This document shows positions 39,603 through 49,900 of a stretch of DNA of 64,000 nt, piece by piece. Origin of the DNA: a virus; IMG/VR virus record IMGVR_UViG_3300013005_000002, positions 1 through 64,000 of that record; one strand, given 5' to 3'. Made by a program: the position numbers and the translations under genes. The notes under the pieces were generated by a model. It saw nothing but the letters and a program-made list of their open reading frames with translations. It had not been told where the DNA came from and made no database searches. Within the stretch, counting starts at the first letter, position 1; each line of letters opens with the position of its first letter.

Positions 39603-40269
39603 GGTTAAAGCTTTAGCTAAAGAAAAACTAAAGGAATTTGAAGGCTCTTTAAATGAAGTGCATCAAGATAGCAAAGGTATTGACACTATTGGTTCAGGGA
39701 TGGCTTTGCGAAGTCCTGCAACTAAAAACGCTTTTGCTAATTTAGGATATGATACTGAAAAAATTAGAACAGGTGAAACTTCCGTACCACAAAAAGATTT
39801 AGATTCAGCTATGGATAAAGTTCTTAATGAAAAGTATGATCTTTTAAATAACATTAAAGAACGTTCTTTTCCTCAAAAAAACTTAAATGAGCAACAACAA
39901 GCTGCTCTATTATCTATGGTTTATAATAGTCCAGAACTTCTTGGACCTAATATTAGACAATATTTAAATGAAGATAAAGACGTAGATGTAATGCGTGAGA
40001 TTGTTTTAAATAGTAATAAAGATAAGTCTCCTGGAGTTCTTTTTAGAAGATTACAAGAAGCCGAGCTTTATGGTGGAGATATGGGCTTTAGTGACATGCT
40101 TTCTACTATGTCAGAACAAGAAAAAAATTATATTTTTAATACATTAAATGAAACTAAAAATGAGCAACAAAAACAAAAGATGATAGAGAAGTATCCACAA
40201 TTTGCTCCATCTTATGTACCTACTGAAGCTCCTAAGTTTAACAAAGTACTTAAACTATTTAAAGGATAA
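39580..40269 (+). CDS. T4-type (GH24-like) lysozyme-fold protein
   Basis: E-x8-D-x5-T (EGSLNEVHQDSKGIDTIG); LNEQQQAALLSMVYN; G...RR..EAELY. Confidence 0.75.
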   Translation: MEGFLLDKVKALAKEKLKEFEGSLNEVHQDSKGIDTIGSGMALRSPATKNAFANLGYDTEKIRTGETSVPQKDLDSAMDKVLNEKYDLLNNIKERSFPQKNLNEQQQAALLSMVYNSPELLGPNIRQYLNEDKDVDVMREIVLNSNKDKSPGVLFRRLQEAELYGGDMGFSDMLSTMSEQEKNYIFNTLNETKNEQQKQKMIEKYPQFAPSYVPTEAPKFNKVLKLFKG

Positions 40270-40272
40270 TAA

Positions 40273-40680
40273 ATGGCTGATGAAAGATTTCCACTATTAA
40301 AAAAAGCTTACAAGGCAGTAAAGGAAGCTACAGAACCTGCAACTGAGTATGAGCAAGGTATGGCTAATGCATACGATGAAATGCAAGGATTGCACAATTT
40401 AAAACAAATATTTGGTGGATCAGAAATAGAACAAAGAAAACCTATTAAAAATATTGAACGAACCACTCCTCCTCCATATGGCACTAACTATATGTCTGGA
40501 GACTATGGAAAAAGCAAAAATCCAATGAGTTTAGAAGAAGCAGATAGTAGATTAAATGATGCATATAAAATGCAACAAATGAAACAATTAGAAGATTTGG
40601 AGCAAATTGGGGAATTTGAAGAACCAGATTCTGAAGCTAATTTACGTGCTGCTAAATTGAGGGCTTTACTCGGTAAGTAA
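40273..40680 (+). CDS. Hypothetical late protein
   Basis: ORF track. Confidence 0.6.
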   Translation: MADERFPLLKKAYKAVKEATEPATEYEQGMANAYDEMQGLHNLKQIFGGSEIEQRKPIKNIERTTPPPYGTNYMSGDYGKSKNPMSLEEADSRLNDAYKMQQMKQLEDLEQIGEFEEPDSEANLRAAKLRALLGK

Positions 40681-40754
40681 TTAAATTATATAAAATTGAC
40701 ACTATTTAAAACTACCTATCTCAATTAAGAGACGGTATATAACAAGGAGAATAT

Positions 40755-41714
40755 ATGTCAGACGCACAACCAGCAGCAGTAGCTGCGGAAACAGCACCAG
40801 TTGAATCGACTGGTCAAGCAGTAGAATCACTAGATACAGGCTCTGCGCCTGTAGAAGCACAAGCTGATGCAATCGATCAAGCTGAAGCTTCAGGTGAAAT
40901 TACTAAAAAAGAAGCACAATCTTTAAAAAAACAACTAAAGATTAAAATTGATGGTGTTGAAGAGACTATTGATTTGGATTTGTCTAATGATGAAGAATTA
41001 AAAAGACACATTCAAAAAGGCAGAGCTTTTGATAAACGCGCTAAAGAATATGCATCATTAAAAAATACAGTAGAAGGCTTTATTCAACAACTAACTTCTG
41101 GTGATGAATCCGCAGAAAAAGCATTAGCTCAACTTGGAATGAATCCTGAAGAATTTGCTGTAAAATTAATGGAGCGCAAGATTAAAGAACTTGAGAAATC
41201 TCCAGAGCAAGTTGAACGTGAAAAAATGCAAAAAGAGCTTGAAGAGCTTCGCAATGAAAAAAAACGTGCTGAAGAAGAAAAACAACAGATGCAAATGGAA
41301 AAGCTCAGAAATCAATATGCTGCTGAAATTGAAAATGAGATTGAATCTGGACTTAATGATGCTAAATCAAAGCTTCCTAAAGGTAACCCTAGAGTAATTA
41401 AACGTATTGCTCAAACTATGCTTCATGCTATGGAAAATGGATATAATGACGTAACTGTACGTGATGTTATTCCTGTTGTAGAAAAAGAGTGGCAAGAAGA
41501 ATTACGTTCTTACTTTGATACATCTGCTGAAGATTTATTAGAAGAATTAGTTGGTAAGCACAATTTGGATAGAGTTAGAAAGAAGCGTTTAGGTTCACGT
41601 CCAAATGCACCTAAGACAAGTGCTAGTTCTATTAAAGATACAGGCTCTAGCAAAATCCAAGAAGATGTTGAAAGACCTAAGAAAAGTTTAAAATCATTTT
41701 TAAGAGATGACTAA
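40755..41714 (+). CDS. Capsid scaffolding protein
   Basis: Acidic N-terminus, KIKIDGVEE, coiled coil, located before the capsid gene. Confidence 0.75.
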   Translation: MSDAQPAAVAAETAPVESTGQAVESLDTGSAPVEAQADAIDQAEASGEITKKEAQSLKKQLKIKIDGVEETIDLDLSNDEELKRHIQKGRAFDKRAKEYASLKNTVEGFIQQLTSGDESAEKALAQLGMNPEEFAVKLMERKIKELEKSPEQVEREKMQKELEELRNEKKRAEEEKQQMQMEKLRNQYAAEIENEIESGLNDAKSKLPKGNPRVIKRIAQTMLHAMENGYNDVTVRDVIPVVEKEWQEELRSYFDTSAEDLLEELVGKHNLDRVRKKRLGSRPNAPKTSASSIKDTGSSKIQEDVERPKKSLKSFLRDD

Positions 41715-41725
41715 ACGGAGATAAT

Positions 41726-42007
41726 ATGAAAGTACATCATACAAGAATCAGATATGAAGACTCGGGGATCTCTAAACAGATCCTTACTCCTCATGGAATG
41801 ATGCAAATAAAATTAAATAAAGAAGAAGGCAGCTTTAGTATTACAAATCATGTTGGATATGAAGTTGCTAATGGTAAGTCAAAAAGTTTAGCCGGACTTA
41901 AAAAGAAAGCCAAAAGTGTATTATGTAAGCTTACTGGCATTCAGTTTAAGAAAGAAGCTAAACCTAGTAGACAAGGCAAGCGTATTGGTGGAATTATTTC
42001 TAAATAG
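41726..42007 (+). CDS. Small basic hypothetical protein
   Basis: ORF track; GGAG SD. Confidence 0.6.
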   Translation: MKVHHTRIRYEDSGISKQILTPHGMMQIKLNKEEGSFSITNHVGYEVANGKSKSLAGLKKKAKSVLCKLTGIQFKKEAKPSRQGKRIGGIISK

Positions 42008-42028
42008 TACACTAGCTAAGTATATAAA

Positions 42029-42040
42029 TTAACAAGTTAA
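42029..42040 (+). promoter_or_regulatory. Late-promoter-like motif
   Basis: TTAACAAGTTAA upstream of the capsid gene. Confidence 0.7.
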
Positions 42041-42175
42041 ATCGAAGGAATAAATTTATAAGTAATTTTTAAGATTCATTAATACCCGTAAAAGGATTTA
42101 ATGATACCAAGATTATAAAAGTAATATTTAAAAATTCACTAAATAAAATATAAAAAACTATAAAAGGAAAATAAA

Positions 42176-43384
42176 ATGGCTGTAGCAAATACACTAGACA
42201 CATTAAATGGTCTATTCAAACAAGTTTATGCAGATCAACTGCAAGACTTAATCCCCGATGGCGTAAAACTATTAACAATGATCGATTTCTCTAAAAGAGA
42301 CAGCATCGGTCAAGCTTATAACCAACCCGTAGTTCTTGGAATGGAACATGGCGTTACTTTTGCTGGTCCTACTGAAGATGCATTTACTTTGCAAGACGCA
42401 GTTGCTGGTCAAATCAAAAATGCTGAAGTTAAATCTTCTCAGTTACTTTTGAAATCATTACTTGGTTATGCTTCTGCTTCACGATCTGCTGAAGGCGGAG
42501 CTAAAGCTTTTAAATCTGCTACTAAGTTCCTAGTTGGAAACATGCTCCGATCAGTAACTAAGAAGCTTGAAATTGAAATGCTTTATGGACAAGTTGGATA
42601 TGCTACTCTTGCAGCGGCTGCTTCAAGCGTAACTATTGCTATCCCTGCTTCTGAATGGGCTCCTGGAATCTGGGCTGGTGCTGAAAACATGCCTATCGAT
42701 ATCCGTGACTCTGTTGGTGGTAACTCACGTCTACGCACAGTAACTGCTGTTAACTTTGAGACACGTTCAATCACTGTTGATTCTGCTGTAGTTATTGCTT
42801 TGAATGACGTAATTTATCACAAAGGCGCTTTCGGAAAGCAATTTGCTGGTATTCACAAAATCATCACTAACACTGGTCTTTTGTTTGGTATCAATGCTTC
42901 TGAATACTCTCTCTGGAAGGGTAACACATACGACGCAGGAGCTGCTCCTTTGTCTTTCCAAAAACTTCAAGAGGCAGTTGCTAAAGCTGTTGAAAAAGGT
43001 TTGGATTCTGATGTTAAAGTTATCGTAAATCCAGACGTATGGGCTGATCTTTTGACAGACCAAGCTGCTCTCCGAATGTACGATTCTTCTTACTCTCCTG
43101 CTAAGATGGAAAATGGTTCTAAAGAAATCAAGTTCCACGGTCAGAATGGTATGATTGAAATCGTTCCTTCAATCTATTGCAAGCGTGGCTTTGCTTACGT
43201 ATTGTCAATGGACGAGTGGTTACGTATCGGTTCTACTGAGGTTACTTTCCGACGACCTGGTCGTGGTGATGAGTTTTTCCGCGATGTAGAAAATGCCGCG
43301 GCATATGAGCTGCGTTGCTACACGGATCAGTGCGTTTTTAGTCATGCTCCTGGTAAGAACGTTTTGATTCTTAATATTGCTTAA
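42176..43384 (+). CDS. Major capsid protein
   Basis: 402 aa after scaffold; strongly biased codons; followed by terminator. Confidence 0.85.
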   Translation: MAVANTLDTLNGLFKQVYADQLQDLIPDGVKLLTMIDFSKRDSIGQAYNQPVVLGMEHGVTFAGPTEDAFTLQDAVAGQIKNAEVKSSQLLLKSLLGYASASRSAEGGAKAFKSATKFLVGNMLRSVTKKLEIEMLYGQVGYATLAAAASSVTIAIPASEWAPGIWAGAENMPIDIRDSVGGNSRLRTVTAVNFETRSITVDSAVVIALNDVIYHKGAFGKQFAGIHKIITNTGLLFGINASEYSLWKGNTYDAGAAPLSFQKLQEAVAKAVEKGLDSDVKVIVNPDVWADLLTDQAALRMYDSSYSPAKMENGSKEIKFHGQNGMIEIVPSIYCKRGFAYVLSMDEWLRIGSTEVTFRRPGRGDEFFRDVENAAAYELRCYTDQCVFSHAPGKNVLILNIA

Positions 43385-43410
43385 TAATATCATATAGATA
43401 GCAAGTAGAG

Positions 43411-43436
43411 AGCCCTGGGGAAGCCCGGGGTTTTTT
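43411..43436 (+). terminator. Intrinsic terminator
   Basis: AGCCCTGGG-GAAG-CCCGGGGTT plus T-run. Confidence 0.85.
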
Positions 43437-43471
43437 ATTTTTTAATTACTTGTATTTTTTAGAGATTATCC

Positions 43472-43500
43472 TTGACTTTTATGTATTTTTTAGAGATAAT
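43472..43500 (+). promoter_or_regulatory. sigma70-type promoter
   Basis: TTGACT-N17-GATAAT. Confidence 0.65.
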
Positions 43501-43521
43501 AATTTACATAGGAGTTTTTCA

Positions 43522-44985
43522 GTGACAAAAAAATGTAGTAAATGTAATTTAGAAAAAACTTTAGATTTATTTCCTAATTTAAAAAGGTCTAAAGACGGCA
43601 AGTATCCTCAATGTAAAGAATGTAAATCAAGTATAGATAAACAATATTATAGTTTTAATTCCGATAAAGTTAAAAATAATGCAAAAAATTATTATTCTAA
43701 TAATAAAGAAAACATTCTTCAAAATATAAACAAAGAAGCTAAGTCTCTATATAGAAAACAATATTACGAAAAAAATAAACATATTGAATTAGAAAACGGC
43801 AAGCAATATAAAGAACACAATAAAGAGTTTCTTTCTAAAAAAAGATCAGAGTATCGTAAAGAAAATAGAAATAAAATTAATGAATATACTAGAAATCGTA
43901 AAAAAGTAGACCCGTTGTTTAGACTAGGTATTAATTTAAGAAAAAGACTTGGTGAAGTATTAAGAAATAAAGATATCATTAAAACCCAAAAACTTAATGA
44001 TTATATAGGATGTTCTAAAGATGAACTAATTAAACACATAGAATCTCAATTTAAATCTAATATGAATTGGGAAAATTACGGAACTGTTTGGAATATAGAC
44101 CACATAATCCCTTTGTCTGCTGGCAAAACAGAAAACCATCTATATCAGCTTTCACATTATAAAAATTTACGCCCATTAGACTGTATGGAAAATTTTAAAA
44201 AGAATAATAAAATTGAAGTGTGTTGGCAAAAATTTCAAAGAGATAAAAACTTAGATAATGATATTAAAAGTGGATTTAATTTTAATTTAACTCCTTCTGA
44301 TTTCATTCTTTCTATAGAAAAGCTTTCATTAGAGCATAGAAAATTTATTCAAAAATATGAATGGTTAGGTACAATTGGATTTGGGGTTAAGTGGGTATTT
44401 ACCGCTAGATATAAGGACGATTTGGCTGGGGTTGTTATGGTATCCGAACCTAATTCATACCATTTTGGTAAGGAAGAGGCTTTGATCCAAAGAGGAGCGG
44501 TATCTAGTTGGGCTCCTAAAAATTTAAATAGTAAATTAGTTATGTTTGCTTGTAGATGGATGGTTAGAAATACAGAAAAAAGAATTTTTACTGCTTATTC
44601 TGACGTTGAAGCTGGTGAAATAGGAACTATCTATCAAGCTTGTAATTTTGATTACTTAGGGCAAGGATTTGGTGCGTCGGTTTACTATAAATTAGCTGAT
44701 GGTAGAGTGAAAGGATCTAGATATTTTACTAGAACTTCTGCTATGAAAAAATGGGCTAAGGAGTTAAACATTGAATGGAAATCAGAATGGTGTAAGGCAA
44801 ATGGGTTTCAAGACGTAGCTAAAATCCCTCAAATCATAAAAGATTATGCTAAAGAAAAGATGAAAGAATGTGAAAAAGTACAACAATTGTCCAAACACAA
44901 GTATGCATTATTATTAAATTATGGTAAAAATAAAATTAATAAGCAATGGATACCTAAACCATATCCAAAAAGGATTAAGGATTAA
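43522..44985 (+). CDS. HNH endonuclease fused to a Mom-like (GNAT-fold) DNA adenine modification domain
   Basis: GTG start after AGGAG; N-terminal CxxC..CxxC and W.IDHIIPL..HYKNLRPL..EN.KK; C-terminal FIQKYEWLG..APKNLNSKL..AYSDVEAGEIGTIYQACNFDYLG. Confidence 0.7.
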   Translation: MTKKCSKCNLEKTLDLFPNLKRSKDGKYPQCKECKSSIDKQYYSFNSDKVKNNAKNYYSNNKENILQNINKEAKSLYRKQYYEKNKHIELENGKQYKEHNKEFLSKKRSEYRKENRNKINEYTRNRKKVDPLFRLGINLRKRLGEVLRNKDIIKTQKLNDYIGCSKDELIKHIESQFKSNMNWENYGTVWNIDHIIPLSAGKTENHLYQLSHYKNLRPLDCMENFKKNNKIEVCWQKFQRDKNLDNDIKSGFNFNLTPSDFILSIEKLSLEHRKFIQKYEWLGTIGFGVKWVFTARYKDDLAGVVMVSEPNSYHFGKEEALIQRGAVSSWAPKNLNSKLVMFACRWMVRNTEKRIFTAYSDVEAGEIGTIYQACNFDYLGQGFGASVYYKLADGRVKGSRYFTRTSAMKKWAKELNIEWKSEWCKANGFQDVAKIPQIIKDYAKEKMKECEKVQQLSKHKYALLLNYGKNKINKQWIPKPYPKRIKD

Positions 44986-45400
44986 ACATCCTACTCTTTC
45001 TATCAGTTCTCACACCTAAGTCAAGGTGAACCCACGTCGTGACCTTACCTTTAGTAAAATCAGGATTTTCCAACCACAGCTCATATTTCTTTAGTACCTC
45101 AGGCTTCCCTTTCAGTATCCCCGCTATACTCTGCTTACTATCATCCAAAATGTCCACAGCTAAGCACTGTGTATGCAAGCTCTTCTTAGCAGCATTTGCA
45201 ATCTGCGCATTTACAGCACTTGGTCTAAATCCTGAACTCACCTTAAGCTTAGTTGTATCAATCCCGCACTCAGCCAAACAAGCATTTACAGCTTTAAGCA
45301 ACTTTGCTGCATTATCCAAATATTCTTGCGTAAGTTCCTTATTTTTTTCTCTGTCTGGATATGCTCCGCTTGCTGTCAAATATTCACGTAAATCAATCAT
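44975..45400 (-). CDS. Peptidase M15-type endolysin
   Basis: SSGFRP..N; KSLH....AVD; WVHLD. Confidence 0.85.
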   Translation of the reverse strand: MIDLREYLTASGAYPDREKNKELTQEYLDNAAKLLKAVNACLAECGIDTTKLKVSSGFRPSAVNAQIANAAKKSLHTQCLAVDILDDSKQSIAGILKGKPEVLKKYELWLENPDFTKGKVTTWVHLDLGVRTDRKSRMFNP

Positions 45401-45557
45401 AAATTTCCTCTATTGATGTTATAATATGGTGTATTTCTTGTCTAGTACTAATTATTTTCCAAAATAACCATCCATAATTAGTGCGATAAGTCATGTCAGA
45501 AAGAAATCTAGAAATTCTAAACGTGTCTCTACTCAATACGTTATTATATTTTTTCAT
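45393..45557 (-). CDS. MKKY-family microprotein, 54 aa
   Basis: MKKYNNVLSRDTFRISRFLSDMTYRTNYGWLFWKIISTRQEIHHIITSIEEIYD. Confidence 0.75.
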   Translation of the reverse strand: MKKYNNVLSRDTFRISRFLSDMTYRTNYGWLFWKIISTRQEIHHIITSIEEIYD

Positions 45558-45736
45558 ATTAAATTATCTCCCGATAAATCATTACACAAAAAATATAGTA
45601 AATTATAAACATTAAAATCCATAAATAATCCATGAAAAAATATACTACCATAATAAGCTACTCCTAATTGTATAAACAAAAAAGGAGCCATTTTTGCGTT
45701 AGAATCTGTTCTTAAAACTGCATTATACTTTCTCAT
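45554..45736 (-). CDS. MKKY-family microprotein, 60 aa
   Basis: MRKYNAVLRTDSNAKMAPFLFIQLGVAYYG...; upstream gene ends DEKV* inside the motif. Confidence 0.75.
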   Translation of the reverse strand: MRKYNAVLRTDSNAKMAPFLFIQLGVAYYGSIFFHGLFMDFNVYNLLYFLCNDLSGDNLI

Positions 45737-46177
45737 CTGCTTCAACTACATTACCTTTTTTATCATAAAATTTTAAAATCAAGCATTGCTCGTGAGTATC
45801 ACCATCCATAGTAGTTTCCAGCGTATATTTCTTAACTTTACTAATATCTACAATATCAGCAAAATCCTCTAAGTCCAAGTAACAATTACCTTTTTTATCT
45901 TTTTTCACTTTAATATTTTTCATAACTTTACCTCATATTCATTAAATAATTCATATAGTTGCTCTCTTACTGCCTCAAGTACTGCTACTGTAATCTCTGG
46001 ATGTGTCTTTAATAACTCAGCAAGTTTAGGATCACTCGATGATTCATACTTTAATGCTGATCGTAAATATGTCATGTCTAGTTCCCATAAAATACAGTGC
46101 ATGGCTCCGGCTTTGCAAGTAGTTTCATATTCTTCTCTTTCTTCTGGTAAGTTAAATTCTAGTATAGCTTTTGGCAT
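45723..46177 (-). other. Two hypothetical genes (45723-45923, 45920-46177)
   Basis: ORF track. Confidence 0.65.
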
Positions 46178-46332
46178 ATTACACTTCCTGTCTTATTTAG
46201 TACGTCTAGTTTTACCCACCAACGTTCTAGTTTAGCCGGGCGTTTCACATAAGTTACACCTAGCTGCATCCATAACACAAATCCAAAACGCAGAGGGTAT
46301 TTGTAATTAGAAATAGGTTGATATTTTCTCAT
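46159..46332 (-). CDS. MKKY-family microprotein, 57 aa
   Basis: MRKYQPISNYKYPLRFGFVLWMQLGVTYVKRPAKLERWWVKLDVLNKTGSVICQKLY; GAGG SD. Confidence 0.75.
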   Translation of the reverse strand: MRKYQPISNYKYPLRFGFVLWMQLGVTYVKRPAKLERWWVKLDVLNKTGSVICQKLY

Positions 46333-46352
46333 TTTTCCTCAATATTTACATA

Positions 46353-46381
46353 ACTTTACCATAGTGTACTATATATGTCAA
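46353..46381 (-). promoter_or_regulatory. sigma70-type promoter
   Basis: TTGACA-N17-TAAAGT. Confidence 0.65.
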
Positions 46382-46404
46382 GTTCTTTGTAAAAATCAAT
46401 AAAA

Positions 46405-46416
46405 TTAACAAGTTAG
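46405..46416 (+). promoter_or_regulatory. Late-promoter-like motif
   Basis: TTAACAAGTTAG about 30 nt before TTG 46446. Confidence 0.7.
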
Positions 46417-46445
46417 ATTGTCAGCCCTTATAAGGAGCATTTTCA

Positions 46446-46937
46446 TTGAGTAGACCATTAATAGTCAATAATAAGACATTTAATTATCCAGATCCAGGTG
46501 AAGATCCTTCTTGGGGTGGTGAGGCAAGTGACTGGGCAAGTGAAGTAACTGAAGTCTTAAATACTATTCTTGCTCCTGGTGATATATTAGCTACAGCATT
46601 TGACATAAATGATAACACCACAGTTCCTACAAATATCCAAGGACTAGCATTTGATTCATCTTTAGCTAGATCCGCTAAAATTGTATATTCAGTTTATCGT
46701 ACATCTACAAATACACCAAGTGGTAATGCTGAAACTGGTGAAATGGACATAATTTATGATAATGGCGCACCCGTAAATACAAAATGGAAAATGACACAAA
46801 ATAAAAATGGTGATGCTGGAATTGTTTTTAGTATTAATGACTTAGGTCAATTTACGTACACAACTACACAAATAGATTTAGGTGCTGGTGGATATGTTGG
46901 AATTTTAAAATTCTCAGCAAAATCTACAGCAATTTAA
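46446..46937 (+). CDS. Virion protein (homologous to the C-terminus of 51288-53081)
   Basis: Shared GLAF..RS and G.VFSI...GQ..Y..G..KF.A motifs. Confidence 0.7.
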   Translation: MSRPLIVNNKTFNYPDPGEDPSWGGEASDWASEVTEVLNTILAPGDILATAFDINDNTTVPTNIQGLAFDSSLARSAKIVYSVYRTSTNTPSGNAETGEMDIIYDNGAPVNTKWKMTQNKNGDAGIVFSINDLGQFTYTTTQIDLGAGGYVGILKFSAKSTAI

Positions 46938-46950
46938 GGAGTATTTTTAC

Positions 46951-49900
46951 ATGGCTTTTAATCCCTTCACAATTATTAAATCTTTATTAATTAAAGAAGA
47001 AAATGTTTTAAATCCAAAACAAATTGAAATTGTTCCTGGCGGTACAGCAAATACTAAAACAACACTAGTCGGTTCACAAACTACTGACAAAACTCTTACT
47101 TTACCAAATGCTACTGACACTTTGACAGCAAATGCCGCAACTCAGTCTTTAACAAATAAAACAATTGATGCAGATTTAAATACAATTACTAATATTGAAA
47201 ATGCCGATATTAAAGTAGGAGCAGCTATCGACGCTGCTAAAATCCATAATGGTTCCGTTTCTAACACAGAATTTGGATACCTTGATGGTGTTACGTCAAG
47301 CATACAGACACAATTAAATACTAATGCTACAAATATTGCTGATCATATTTCTGATGCAGTTGGTGCTCATGCTGCAAGTGCTATTTCAAATACACCTGCA
47401 GGTACAATTGCTGCTACTGATCTTCAAGCTGCTGTAAATGAACTTGATGGTGATATTCAAGCGCATATTAATGATACAGTAGGAGCCCACGGTGCTGGTG
47501 CTATTTCAAACACTCCTTCTGGTAATTTAGTTGCTACCGATGTTCAAGGTGCATTAAATGAAATCCAGACAGAATTAGATGCTGCTGTTATTGTTGGCAA
47601 TAATGCTGCTACTAGAACTTTAAATAACTTAACTACTACTTCTCTTAACGCGGATCTTCTTCCTTCTGGAGCTGGTGCAAGAAATTTAGGCTCTAGCTCT
47701 TTACCTTTTGGAACAACTAATACAGAAACACTTACTCGTCAAACTGTTGGAAATTTAACAATTTCTACAAGTTCTGGATCTTTACTTTTAAATCCTTCTA
47801 CAATTATTGATGTTAATAATAAATTAGTATCTAATGTTGCTGCTCCTGTTTCTGCTGGCGATGCTGTAAACAAAGAATACGCAGACAGTATTGCTGCAGG
47901 ATTTGATCCTAAAGCCGCTGTACGTGTTGCAACTACTGCTTCTCTTGGCGGTTCTTATGCTGCTACTCCTAGTAACGGAAGATTCACAGGCGCAGCTACT
48001 GTAGTTGATGGTGTTACTTTAGCAGCTAATGATCGAGTATTAGTTAAAGATCAAGTTGATTTAAAACAAAACGGTATTTACGTCTACGATGGTGCTGGTC
48101 AATATACTAGAGCTGCAGATTCCGATGGAACTCCTGCTGCTGAAGTATCCAGCGGTAATTTTACTTTTGCCACACAAGGAACTATAAATTCTGCTGCAGG
48201 ATTTGTTCTTCTTGGTAATGGAATTTTAACATTAAATACTGATAATCTTGCATGGACACAAAGCTCTGGTGGTTCAGGCGGAGCTTCTAGATTCTTAGAT
48301 AATCTTTTATCTCCTGTAGCTATTAATCAAGATTTATTGCCTGGAGCAACAAATTCTAGAGATTTAGGTTCTAGTTCATTACGTTTTAAAGATGCACATT
48401 TACAAGGAAATTTAAATTTTAATGGTTCTTTAATAGGAACAAATATTTCAGGATTAACGAATGATGTAACAACATCTAGTGTTAACAGCGTTCTTGAATC
48501 TCCAACATTAAATTTACGTAGTGGTAATAATTCAGGAGCTGGTGGGAGCGGAAATGTTATTTTAGACCCCGGTACAGCAGGAGGAACTAGAGGTTCTACT
48601 TTATTAAGAGGTAACAGAATTTCTGTTGAATCTACTTTAAATTTAGTTCAAGGTCAAAATGCAATTCCTTTGTCTGGTCAGCAATCTTTAACTATTCCAT
48701 CTAATAGTAACGCTGAAGGATTAGTTACGCTTACAGCAAGCGATTCTACTACAAGAAATATTTTAACTGCTGCGTCTACTGGACTTCCTCAAGCTCCAAA
48801 TTTAATTATTAATGGAGATGCTGAAGGAAAACTTGTCAGTTCTACATCAATTTTTATACCTTATGCTGATGCTGCAGGAACATCTCCCGTAGATGGTATT
48901 GGTGGCTCTCCTAACGTTACATCCTCAGTAACAGCAACTACACCATTATCTGGTTCTAAATCTTATTTACTTACAAAAGATGCAGTAAATAGACAAGGTC
49001 AAGGCTGGTCTATTTTAGACGTAGCTGTTCCTCAAGCAATGCGAGCAAGAGTGTTATCAATTAAATTTGATTATATTGTAAACTCTGGAACATTTAATGC
49101 TGGTACTTCTTCTGCAGATTCAGATGTAACAATTTGGATTTATGATATTGGTAATCTAAGATTAATTCAACCAAGTTCATACAAATTATTATCTAATTCA
49201 ACGACAGTTGTAGACCAATTCCAAGCTGAATTTCAAACACCAATTGACATGTCTTCTTTTAGACTTATTGCTCACATTGGTACTACAAATGCTTCTGCAT
49301 ATACTTTGGAATTAGACAACATTGTTGTATCTCCTAGTGAATATGTATTTGGTACACCAATTTCTGACTGGGCAGATTTTCCTAGTGTTGCTGCGGGAAC
49401 ATTAATTAAAGGAACTACAACAAATCCTACTTATGGAACAGTTTTAAGAAATCAGGCTAGATACCGAAGAGTTGGTAGTGATTTAGAAATTAGATGGGAT
49501 TACGCTCAAACTTCAGCAGGAAGTGCTGGTTCAGGCGAAATGCTTTTTGACATTAGTCAATTAGGTTTAGCAATTGATACAACTAAAGTTCCAGCAAGTA
49601 CTAGTCCTTTTATTTACACAAGAGCAAATGGAGTTGGAGTTTTTTCTGGAAGTGACACATCAAATGCACACACTGGAGCAGTTGGAGTTTATGATTCTAC
49701 TAGATTAGTTGCTTATGGAAATTTTACTGGAGCTTCTCAAGGTGTAACTACTTGGAATTCTACAGGAGTTGCTCGATTTAATATTGCAACTGTCTCTATG
49801 TCCTTAAATGCAAAAGTACCTATTGCTGGTTGGTCTTCTTCTGTCCAAATGGCAGACCAAACTTCAACTAGAATTGTTGCTGCTAGGTATACAACGGCTT

